DNA from: an uncultured Thermoplasmata archaeon
GTDB lineage: Archaea > Thermoplasmatota > Thermoplasmata > Halarchaeoplasmatales > Halarchaeoplasmataceae
Reading direction: 5' to 3'
NCBI GenBank assembly: GCA_964516805.1
Contig: CAZEXI010000004.1
Location: 710-64,709 of the forward strand
Length of the DNA: 64,000 bases
Shown here: positions 28,343-36,169 of the stretch, in pieces
Position numbering within the stretch: the stretch's first letter is position 1
How the letters are laid out: each line of letters begins with the position of its first letter
Notes under the pieces: model-generated
What the model was told of the DNA's origin: nothing
Database searches by the model: none
Seen by the model: the letters and a program-made list of their open reading frames with translations, nothing else
Made by a program: the position numbers and the translations under genes

Positions 28343-28457
28343 ACATAACATAATGAAAACATCGATGTTAATATTTACCAATTTTCTGATTCATAATAGA
28401 TTCACGATATAAACAATGTCCCGTTATCATTAAATAACTAAATTTCCTATTTTATAA

Positions 28458-28856
28458 ATGGGTTTCAAAATGAGTGTCGATGATAATATCGTTGATATCA
28501 CTAATAGCAACTTCTCTGATAAAATTAAATATCATGATAAGATCGTTTCTGTATTTTTTTACAGTCCACAATGTCCTCACTGCAAAAAAGTACTACCAAT
28601 ATACAAAAAATTAGCTCAGAATATGGACAAGGTAATCTTTGGACAAGTTAACGTTTTAAATCAAAGAGAATTAACTCTAAAACAGGGAATAAGTTCGGTG
28701 CCTACAATAAGGTTCTATTGTGATTCAAATCAACTTGGGGAGATTATGGGAGAAATAAATGAAACTATGCTAAAAAATACGATTAAAGACTATCAAAAAT
28801 ACGGTAAAAGCTGTTCTAAAACAACACCTATCCGAGAGCTAGACGGTTACGCATAA
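28458..28856 (+). CDS. Thioredoxin-fold protein (CPHC active site)
   Basis: 132 aa. FFYSPQCPHCKKVLPIY and SVPTIRF (cis-Pro) motifs. Confidence 0.7.
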   Translation: MGFKMSVDDNIVDITNSNFSDKIKYHDKIVSVFFYSPQCPHCKKVLPIYKKLAQNMDKVIFGQVNVLNQRELTLKQGISSVPTIRFYCDSNQLGEIMGEINETMLKNTIKDYQKYGKSCSKTTPIRELDGYA

Positions 28857-28913
28857 CTTCTTCATATCCAAAGATATATACTAATTTCTAAAAAACTTAA
28901 TAAACCACCTTTT

Positions 28914-29387
28914 ATGATATGGTTCATAATGAAAAGAGCAATAATTGTTGCTTTAGTTATATTTATTTCATTTAGCATTGCTGGCTGTTCAAATCCACCC
29001 TCTCCACCAGGATCAGAAATACCTATGGTGGTAGTAGATTATGTTGATAGTGATAAATACAGTAATGTTAACGAAAACCATTCAATTATATATGTACATG
29101 GGTTGGATGAAATAAGATACAAAAATATAACTATCAAAATAAATAATAAAACGGTCCTCAGTAAGAATCATACTTATTCTTCAGAGGTAACAACTAATCT
29201 AACTAAATTTGGATTAAATATTAAAGTAGTGCATTATGAAAAACGTTTTATTTACAATGCGACTTTTGAAATGTCAGAGAAAAAAGATATTAGGTACAAA
29301 ATAACCTATCCTGACCAGGACACTAAAGAAGTCAATATTGATGATCTGCCCTACTCAGAAAAATTAGATCAAGTTGAGGAGGAATAA
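28914..29387 (+). CDS. Hypothetical lipoprotein
   Basis: Signal peptide with lipobox FSIAGC. No recognisable family. Confidence 0.5.
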   Translation: MIWFIMKRAIIVALVIFISFSIAGCSNPPSPPGSEIPMVVVDYVDSDKYSNVNENHSIIYVHGLDEIRYKNITIKINNKTVLSKNHTYSSEVTTNLTKFGLNIKVVHYEKRFIYNATFEMSEKKDIRYKITYPDQDTKEVNIDDLPYSEKLDQVEEE

Positions 29388-29389
29388 AA

Positions 29390-29701
29390 ATGCGTGATAT
29401 ACCTCTATCATTATTGTTACTAGCTACTGGCTTAATCTTCGTTGGCGTTATAGTGATACTTATATTAACAGGATATATATCATTCGAAGAGATCTTCACT
29501 AGATTCATAGTATTCGTATTCTCTTTGGTAATCATCTCTATACTTGCAATAATCGGTGCTGTGTTTATCGGTATGTTCATTTCACACAGAGTCTTTTCAT
29601 CGAGGCAATTTACCACCTTTGAAGAAGAGATGCTGAAAATGAAAAGTGACGTTAATGAAATGAGAGAAATGATAGAAGAATTAAAAGATAAAGAAGATTA
29701 A
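29390..29701 (+). CDS. Hypothetical small membrane protein (2 TM plus coiled-coil tail)
   Basis: 103 aa with two hydrophobic segments, then EEEMLKMKSDVNEMREMIEELKDKED. The start is 2 nt after the preceding stop. Confidence 0.5.
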   Translation: MRDIPLSLLLLATGLIFVGVIVILILTGYISFEEIFTRFIVFVFSLVIISILAIIGAVFIGMFISHRVFSSRQFTTFEEEMLKMKSDVNEMREMIEELKDKED

Positions 29702-30684
29702 ACCAAGGATTCTGGACATATATCTCTTCTTGAACAATTTTTACATTTTCCTTTTCTGTTATGGTTGCGATGAATATCTTCAGTTTCTAAAGCCTTTCTC
29801 ATATCATCTAATTTACCTATCAAAAGTTCTTTTAAATCCTCATCATAATCTATCTCAAATTCTTTCTTACCATATCTTATGATTCCATATGGTGGTGCTT
29901 CTCCTTTTTCCTCCTCGATCATCAAACAGTAAGCTGCAAGTTGAATTATATGTGAAAAAAAAGGTCCTTGGGGAACTCTACCGGTTTTGACCTCAACGGG
30001 AACGCTTTTCCCTTCCCTTTCTATTATAAAATCTGGTCGACCTCTTAATTTATACTTTTCAGAAACCAGCATATCGGAATTTCTGTCAGGATTATCCACA
30101 TAAGTGATATCATCTTCTATATCAATTTCCTTTCTAGCATCCTTAGATTCGTTTCTTAAAGTCAAAGATATTTTTAGCCAATAACTAGCACCTATCAACC
30201 AAACTAGAGATATCACTTGGGCTAACTTAGCTAAATTGTAGTCAGCTATTTTAAATGTCATGCCGTAAACAGCTAGAACAGTAGCCACCATTGCAAATAT
30301 CAGTATCGTTCTTTCTAATTTTGTCTCTTGTAACTCCCATAATCGGCTTTCACTCAAATATAGTAAAAAAGCTGCTGCTAAAATCCATACTAATGAATTT
30401 ATAATAAAAATATTGCTGAAAATATTTTCAGGGTACAGAAATGTGATGCCCATGATCGATATTATTGTAGCACTCACAGCAAGCCATAATATGATACTTT
30501 CTAACTTTTTGATGCTCTCTTCCTTACTCTTTATACTATCGACCTTTTCTCCTATTTGCTTATGTTGGATATTTCCTTTTTTAAGGTCTTCATTGGTGAC
30601 CTCCTGTTCTTCACTCAACCACCAACTCAATGGACAGTATCCATACTTTTCAACATCACTTGCTGAAATCCATTTATCACTCAT
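29698..30684 (-). CDS. Cas4/RecB-family PD-(D/E)xK Fe-S nuclease carrying a four-helix transmembrane insertion
   Basis: N-terminal YCPLSWW Cys and GNIQH. Four hydrophobic helices at about aa 61-173. Then RGRPDFII, VPVEVKTGR, IIQLAAYCLMIEE and the terminal CKNCSRRDIC. Confidence 0.7.
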   Translation of the reverse strand: MSDKWISASDVEKYGYCPLSWWLSEEQEVTNEDLKKGNIQHKQIGEKVDSIKSKEESIKKLESIILWLAVSATIISIMGITFLYPENIFSNIFIINSLVWILAAAFLLYLSESRLWELQETKLERTILIFAMVATVLAVYGMTFKIADYNLAKLAQVISLVWLIGASYWLKISLTLRNESKDARKEIDIEDDITYVDNPDRNSDMLVSEKYKLRGRPDFIIEREGKSVPVEVKTGRVPQGPFFSHIIQLAAYCLMIEEEKGEAPPYGIIRYGKKEFEIDYDEDLKELLIGKLDDMRKALETEDIHRNHNRKGKCKNCSRRDICPESLV

Positions 30685-30735
30685 GCAGTCTATTATAAAG
30701 TCTGTTTAGATATGAATAATTTTTGGATTCGTATT

Positions 30736-31728
30736 TTAAAACATATCTTCTATCTCTGAAGTGTTGAAAACACCTTTTTCTGTGATGTATCCTGTTATGT
30801 ATTTTGAAGGGGTAACATCAAAAGCTGGATTCTTAGCAGGTGATCCCTCAGGGGTTATACACGTATCTTGTATCCTGCAAACCTCAGATTCATCTCTTTC
30901 TTCTATAGGTATTTTAAAACCATCTTCTATCGTAGGGTCGAAGGTTGTAATAGGTGCTGCAACATAAAATGGAATGTCATTTTCTTTTGCAACAACAGCC
31001 TTTTCATAAGTTCCTATTTTGTTTGCGATATCACCATTAGCAACTATTCTGTCGGTGCCTACGATCACCATATCTATCTCTTTCCTTTGCATATAATGGC
31101 CAGCTGCATTATCAACTATTACCGAATGTGGTATATCTTCATTGAAAAGCTCCCAAGCTGTAAGTCTAGCACCCTGAAGTCTAGGTCTTGTCTCATCTGC
31201 AAAAACGAATATATTTTTACCTTCTTCATTTGCCACCCTCATAGGAGCTAGAGCAGTACCGTAATCTACCGTTGCCAGTGCACCAGCATTACAGTGAGTT
31301 AAGATTGAGTAACCATCTTCTATCAATTCAGCTCCATTTTCACCTATCCGTCTGCATTTTTCTACGACTGAAGATGAATATTCCCTAGCGGTTCCCACAG
31401 GATCGTCATCGATATTATCAAGCATGTAATCAACAGCATAGAAAAGGTCATAAGCCGTAGGTCTAGCAGACTTGATTTCCCTTTCAGCTTCATCTAAATC
31501 TTTTTTCTGTACAGCTGCCTGAGCAATACCATATGCTGCTGTTACGCCTATAGCAGGGGCTCCCCTCACCATCATATCTTTTATTGATTTTTTAATATCA
31601 TTATAATCTTCAGCAGTGAAATATTTCAACTCATTGGGTAAAACTCTTTGATCTATCATTTTAACTTCGTTACCATCCATCCAAACTGCTTTCATATCTT
31701 CTATTCCATTTTCAGTTTTTACTTTCAT
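30736..31728 (-). CDS. mtnA: eIF-2B alpha/beta/delta family isomerase, MtnA-like (5-(methylthio/deoxy)ribose-1-phosphate isomerase)
   Basis: VKMIDQRVLP ... MMVRGAPAIGVTAAYGI ... HCNAGALAT ... VGTDRIVANGDIANKIGTY. The ATG at 31728 is 1 nt after the upstream stop; a GTG at 31737 is the alternative start. Confidence 0.75.
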   Translation of the reverse strand: MKVKTENGIEDMKAVWMDGNEVKMIDQRVLPNELKYFTAEDYNDIKKSIKDMMVRGAPAIGVTAAYGIAQAAVQKKDLDEAEREIKSARPTAYDLFYAVDYMLDNIDDDPVGTAREYSSSVVEKCRRIGENGAELIEDGYSILTHCNAGALATVDYGTALAPMRVANEEGKNIFVFADETRPRLQGARLTAWELFNEDIPHSVIVDNAAGHYMQRKEIDMVIVGTDRIVANGDIANKIGTYEKAVVAKENDIPFYVAAPITTFDPTIEDGFKIPIEERDESEVCRIQDTCITPEGSPAKNPAFDVTPSKYITGYITEKGVFNTSEIEDMF

Positions 31729-31729
31729 T

Positions 31730-32485
31730 TTATCCACTCACATTTTGATATGCTTCCCATAATTTTGGAACTGTATCTATCTCTTTAATTTCTTCAGGAG
31801 ACACCCATTTATATTCTACATTTTCCCAGTTCAAATCAACATCGCCTTTTACGTTAAATAAAAATGGATTCACATCCCATATTTTATTTTTATACCTAAC
31901 TCTAACAATCTCCCCCTTTCTTACAAAATCAGTATTTAATCCAGTTTCCTGTTCAATTTCTATCAGGGCTTGATCCATCAAACTCTCAGTTTCAACATAT
32001 CCTGAAACAGCTGACCATTTACCTCGATAACTACCTACATTTTTACCTCTTTTTAGAAGTAATACTTTGCCTTTATTCATCAAGAACGAGGTCACTACTG
32101 GTTGTCTGTGAACGTTTTTTAAATTTATCTTTCCCTCTTCGCCATCTATTTCTACTTTGTCTCCATCTTTAAATAGATCTATCTGAATTTTATCTAACAG
32201 AGGTATATCTGATATTATCGCTCCTGTAGCCACTATCGTTTCAGATCTAGTGTTGATCATGCCTTTGGGAGCAGTTCCATTCTTCTTCAATTGATATATG
32301 ACATATGACCCTACAGTGCTTCCTCTTCCGCCGGGAAATACGAAAATTGAATCCTTTATACTCTTTCTATTAAATACAACACCTGTATTAGGGTCAACAT
32401 CTCCTAAGAATGATACTGGGTTTTCTACTTTCACGACTTCTCCCTCTACATAACCTTTAGAGATACCCCTTCCTTCCAGTATCAT
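31730..32485 (-). CDS. AcnX small subunit (DUF126 swivel domain) fused to a C-terminal Nudix hydrolase domain
   Basis: The N-terminal 125 aa or so carry GEVVKVENPVSFLGDVDPNTG...FPGGRGSTVGSYVIYQLKKNGTAPKGMI (DUF126). The C-terminal half carries a Nudix-box-like GYVETESLMDQALIEIEQETGL. Confidence 0.7.
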   Translation of the reverse strand: MILEGRGISKGYVEGEVVKVENPVSFLGDVDPNTGVVFNRKSIKDSIFVFPGGRGSTVGSYVIYQLKKNGTAPKGMINTRSETIVATGAIISDIPLLDKIQIDLFKDGDKVEIDGEEGKINLKNVHRQPVVTSFLMNKGKVLLLKRGKNVGSYRGKWSAVSGYVETESLMDQALIEIEQETGLNTDFVRKGEIVRVRYKNKIWDVNPFLFNVKGDVDLNWENVEYKWVSPEEIKEIDTVPKLWEAYQNVSG

Positions 32486-33651
32486 GCTATCATCTCCAGC
32501 AGAGTTTTGGTGTCTGCATAGATCACCTTTTGATCTGCCAACTTTGGCAAGTAAGCTGAAGCTTTACCAGAGTTGGTTGCTGCTGTCTCATATTTTTCTT
32601 CTAGAGGACTCACCACCATACATGTATCTGTTATAACTTCACCATATTTTTTAATGGTATTTACCGCCTCAGGAACTTGATTTGCTACATATTTACTGGT
32701 GTATACTAATAGATCCGGACCTTCTTTAGGCTCCTTATCATCCAATATATCAGCTATGTACTCTAACTCATTTGAAGAGAGATGGGGGCAGCCTAGAACG
32801 ATCACATCTGGCTCGGACTCAGTAATCAATCCTTCTTTTACTTCATTTATATCTTCGTCGGTTATAGTTATTCTCTCTAAGGCTTCGGTAGAGAAATCGT
32901 TCCATTCAGGTGTTATATTTTCCACATGATATAGTGCTACTGAACCGGTAGCTGCCATAGCTGCACCTAAAGTTTTCAATTGATCATCCTTATAATCAAC
33001 CCCTCTAAAATATGGTACCCTATCACCTACCATCTCTCCAACTTTATAACCTAGCAAAGCAGCTGGATAATCGTCTTCAACTTCAAAAACTACATCTGGA
33101 CTTCTATTCTCTTTGATATGTAAGCCGTAATAAGGAGTCTTTCCAATTACTGCTGACATCAATGCTGATGGACCACCTTCTCTATTCGTCCTGGCTCCAA
33201 GAACAGAATTCGCATAGGATACTGCTGAACTTTCGCTCCAAGCTAAGTGCTCGTCTTTTTTTGGTTTATTTCCAGCTAGATAAGGCGTGCATGTGCAGGA
33301 AACTTCGATACCCATACTACTGTACGCTTCGATTAACCTTTTCTGTTTTTTTCTAAAATCTTCAGACTCGTAGTGTTTTTTTTCAAGGTCCATTCCTGCT
33401 GGATTCAACATTGACTTTATCTTAACTTTGGCCTTTTTAGAAAAATCTTCGATAAATTCCAGTCCAGCATCACCCATTGTTTTATAAGAGACACCAGCTA
33501 TCTGTGCAGACTTCACGGGTATGAGTCTCTCAGCATCATAAATATCTCCCAAAGCTACTAAGATCTCCATCGCTTTCTGGGGACCTGGTCCTTTACCCCC
33601 CTCTAAAATCCTTTCCTCTTCCTTGGTTAGATTCAAGCTATCACCTTTCAA
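32482..33651 (-). CDS. AcnX large subunit (DUF521 aconitase-X catalytic domain), putative phosphomevalonate dehydratase large subunit
   Basis: 389 aa. LTKEEERILEGGKGPGPQKAMEILV at the N-terminus and the length fit DUF521. ATGA overlap with the small-subunit gene. TTG start in the track. Confidence 0.7.
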   Translation of the reverse strand: MKGDSLNLTKEEERILEGGKGPGPQKAMEILVALGDIYDAERLIPVKSAQIAGVSYKTMGDAGLEFIEDFSKKAKVKIKSMLNPAGMDLEKKHYESEDFRKKQKRLIEAYSSMGIEVSCTCTPYLAGNKPKKDEHLAWSESSAVSYANSVLGARTNREGGPSALMSAVIGKTPYYGLHIKENRSPDVVFEVEDDYPAALLGYKVGEMVGDRVPYFRGVDYKDDQLKTLGAAMAATGSVALYHVENITPEWNDFSTEALERITITDEDINEVKEGLITESEPDVIVLGCPHLSSNELEYIADILDDKEPKEGPDLLVYTSKYVANQVPEAVNTIKKYGEVITDTCMVVSPLEEKYETAATNSGKASAYLPKLADQKVIYADTKTLLEMIA

Positions 33652-33667
33652 ATAAGCAAAAATTTAG

Positions 33668-33740
33668 TGCCGCAGGCCGGACTTGAACCGGCGACATCCA
33701 CCTCTTCAGGGTGGCACTCTCCCAACTGAGTTACTGCGGC
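33668..33740 (-). tRNA. tRNA-Phe (anticodon GAA)
   Basis: Acceptor GCCGCAG/CUGCGGC, anticodon arm CCACC-CUGAAGA-GGUGG, T arm GCCGG-UUCAAGU-CCGGC, discriminator A. No CCA. Confidence 0.9.
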
Positions 33741-33798
33741 TTAATATGCCTCATAATTTCATTAGATTTTAATCTTACGCCTAAAAATAGATTAATAG

Positions 33799-33818
33799 CA
33801 GGGAATCATCGATCCCTG
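33799..33818 (-). terminator. Hairpin (6-bp stem caggga/tccctg, 8-nt loop) followed on the minus strand by a T-rich tract
   Basis: Sits 10 nt downstream of the stop of the 33828..34100 gene, at the end of the four-gene cassette. Confidence 0.35.
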
Positions 33819-33827
33819 TAATGGTTT

Positions 33828-34100
33828 TTAGTTCAATACGTTTCCAAATAAGTTCTCTTTGTTTAGGTTGGCAGCGCTCAACATATCCGAAATAGAGATT
33901 ACATTCATATCTTCACAAAGATCATCAATTTTCTCTTTTTCCATGCCAGCTTTGTTAAGTTCTTTTCTAAGATATTTTTCTCTCTTTTTTACCTTTCTTT
34001 TGTACTTTAGATAGACCAGACCTAGTTTTAATAGTAAAGGAAGGGCAGTGGCGATGATTACTGCCAACATAAATACTGGAGACTGATCTTTCTCTGACAT
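33828..34100 (-). CDS. Small single-pass membrane protein sharing the KEL-x2-AGM-EK motif with the two upstream paralogues
   Basis: 90 aa. TM is VFMLAVIIATALPLLLKLGLVYL, followed by a basic stretch and LRKELNKAGMEKEKIDDL. Confidence 0.55.
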   Translation of the reverse strand: MSEKDQSPVFMLAVIIATALPLLLKLGLVYLKYKRKVKKREKYLRKELNKAGMEKEKIDDLCEDMNVISISDMLSAANLNKENLFGNVLN

Positions 34101-34472
34101 CTACTCCCATTCCTCGTCTTCCATTTTTTTCTTTATCTTTGCTCGAATCTTCTCTTCCATTTCTTCTTTGTCAAAATCTTCATTACTACCACCGCCAAAT
34201 GGTCCACCAGCACCACTGAGAGCTTCTCTTACCAATGATGTCACATCTCTCCCTTTCATGAAATCTCTGGTTAACTGATATGCCTGATCCTTTTCCATAC
34301 CAGCATCTACAAGTTCTTTGTAGAATTTAGCAGTGTTTTTTGCAAGTTCTTGACTATCCTCTGCACTGTATACCGCCTCAACTATACCTGATATCAGTGA
34401 AGGGACAGTGTCGTTCAACGTTTCCATCAATTCTTTCAATTTTTCTATATCTTCTTCATCATCTAATTCCAT
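34101..34472 (-). CDS. Small acidic helical protein, paralogue of 34976..35251
   Basis: 123 aa, roughly 60 percent identical by eye to the 91-aa paralogue over about 75 aa (DIEKLKELM.TLN..VP.LISGI..AVY....S...A.NT.KFYKEL...GM.K.QAY.LTRD......DV.SLVRE.L). A gaggtg SD lies 7 nt upstream. Confidence 0.65.
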   Translation of the reverse strand: MELDDEEDIEKLKELMETLNDTVPSLISGIVEAVYSAEDSQELAKNTAKFYKELVDAGMEKDQAYQLTRDFMKGRDVTSLVREALSGAGGPFGGGSNEDFDKEEMEEKIRAKIKKKMEDEEWE

Positions 34473-34513
34473 TTTTTACACCTCTATTTATTAACATAAT
34501 ATGTATGAACAAA

Positions 34514-34975
34514 CTATTTCTTGATACCGAGCAGTTCTGCCCAATCATCAATAGTACTTTTAGTCAAAGAGTAACCTTTTCCGAAATTTTCATTTTCGTC
34601 CATTATTACTATTCCTTTTTCTTCTAACTTTTTTAACCTATTCCTAACAGTGTGCCTAGAAGCTGATCCTCTTTTCTCTCTCAATCTTTCTGTTATCTGT
34701 GTTATATTCAACGATTTTGCATCCAAAAGTATTTCAACGATGGTTTCTGAAATAGGATCATCTATACCTGGTAAGGCTGAAGGAGAAACTTTACCAAACT
34801 GCTGATAAACTGAAAGCATCCTAAGATACCTTTGCTCTACATCTGTATTAACTGATATTTTTTCAAGAACATTTTTATGCATATTCATGATATTCTCCAT
34901 CATACCCTCCATTGCGGACAACTGCTTCTTTAAAGAGTCGATCTCCTCCTTCAGTTCTTCATTGCTTTCTGACAT
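34514..34975 (-). CDS. Coiled-coil plus winged-helix DNA-binding protein
   Basis: 153 aa. The N-terminus is a coiled coil (EELKEEIDSLKKQLSAMEGMMENIMNM). The C-terminal wHTH is ISETIVEILLDAKSLNITQITERL...TVRNRLKKLEEKGIV. Confidence 0.6.
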   Translation of the reverse strand: MSESNEELKEEIDSLKKQLSAMEGMMENIMNMHKNVLEKISVNTDVEQRYLRMLSVYQQFGKVSPSALPGIDDPISETIVEILLDAKSLNITQITERLREKRGSASRHTVRNRLKKLEEKGIVIMDENENFGKGYSLTKSTIDDWAELLGIKK

Positions 34976-35251
34976 CTATATCAGTACTTCTCTAACTAGA
35001 CTTCCTACGTCTCTATCTCTTAAATAATCTCTTGTCAATACATACGCTTGTTGCTTTTGCATACCCGAATTAGTTAACTCCTTATAGAATTTTGTTGTAT
35101 TTCTAGCTATTTTATCGCTATTTTCTGTATTATACACTGCCTGCATAATACCGGATATCAATTCAGGAACATCATAGTTTAAAGTTCCCATGAGCTCCTT
35201 CAGCTTCTCGATATCATCTTTGTTGTTCATATCCATATTATCGGTTCTCAT
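34976..35251 (-). CDS. Small acidic helical protein, paralogue of 34101..34472
   Basis: 91 aa. Its stop directly abuts the start of the wHTH gene. Confidence 0.65.
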   Translation of the reverse strand: MRTDNMDMNNKDDIEKLKELMGTLNYDVPELISGIMQAVYNTENSDKIARNTTKFYKELTNSGMQKQQAYVLTRDYLRDRDVGSLVREVLI

Positions 35252-35335
35252 ACCATACTATAACGAACAAACTATAACTTGATGTTGAGCACTTCTGCCC
35301 ATCTTCCTACATCATATCAATCAAAACGGTTAAGT

Positions 35336-35719
35336 ATGATTATGGCATTACCATACAATAGTATGAAACCAGACTTTAGTTACGACGAGATAAACTGCAG
35401 TAATGTGATGGAATGCCTGTATAATCTATCTAGCCTTGACAAAAAAATATTATCTTTGCTATCAGATGGAGAAGAACTACGTTCATCTGACATAGCTGAA
35501 AAACTAAATAAAGATCAAAGTACAGCTTATAGATCTCTAGAAAAACTTTTGAATTGCGGTTTGATATATAAGGAAAAACAGACCATCAGAAATGGAGGCT
35601 ATTATTTCCTTTATTCTAGACGGCCTATAAGCAAGATAAAGGAAGAAGCATTTGAATGTATAGATAGATGGTATGAAGATATGAAAGATGCTGTAGAAGA
35701 ACTAGAAGATTTTGAGTAA
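35336..35719 (+). CDS. TrmB/MarR-like winged-helix transcriptional regulator
   Basis: LDKKILSLLSDGEELRSSDIAEKLNKDQSTAYRSLEKLLNCGLIYK. Start moved to the ATG at 35336 to leave room for a divergent promoter; the track starts at TTG 35279. Confidence 0.55.
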   Translation: MIMALPYNSMKPDFSYDEINCSNVMECLYNLSSLDKKILSLLSDGEELRSSDIAEKLNKDQSTAYRSLEKLLNCGLIYKEKQTIRNGGYYFLYSRRPISKIKEEAFECIDRWYEDMKDAVEELEDFE

Positions 35720-35720
35720 A

Positions 35721-36050
35721 CTACAAATCAAAATTATCTTCTATTTTTTCCCTTAGATCACCTTTATCTATGGTACCTCTTATCATCTCTATTACCTCTC
35801 CATCCTTCAAAAACAATAACGTTGGTAATGACTGAATACCATATTTTGAAGGGATACTACCGTTATTCTCTATATTTACCTTTCCAAACCTAACGTGGTT
35901 AGTAAATTCTTCTGCAAGATCTTCTATCACAGGATCAAGCTGTACACATGGACCGCACCAGGTTGCCCAGAAGTCTATAACTATGTTCTTATTTTCGGAA
36001 ACAAATTCATCAAAATTATCTTCTGTAACTTTTAAAGGTTTGTCAGGCAA
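35721..36050 (-). CDS. trxA: Thioredoxin
   Basis: 109 aa. FWATWCGPC active site, SLPTLLF cis-Pro loop. Confidence 0.9.
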   Translation of the reverse strand: MPDKPLKVTEDNFDEFVSENKNIVIDFWATWCGPCVQLDPVIEDLAEEFTNHVRFGKVNIENNGSIPSKYGIQSLPTLLFLKDGEVIEMIRGTIDKGDLREKIEDNFDL

Positions 36051-36169
36051 TGTTTTATCCTCCTTTTATGAGCTTACCTATGTAAATTATATAGACATAT
36101 TTAGGTTTTTCACTTGACATTTAATCAAAAGATTTTAATCTGAAAACTATTTTGGTTCACTTAGATATT

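Noticed and set aside
30736-31728. Ribose-1,5-bisphosphate isomerase (pentose bisphosphate pathway) as the identity of the eIF-2B-like gene
   Set aside because: The N-terminal ...MIDQRVLP... extension and the VRGAPAIGV motif fit the MtnA subfamily better than the e2b2/R15P isomerase subfamily. This cannot be fully excluded without phylogeny.
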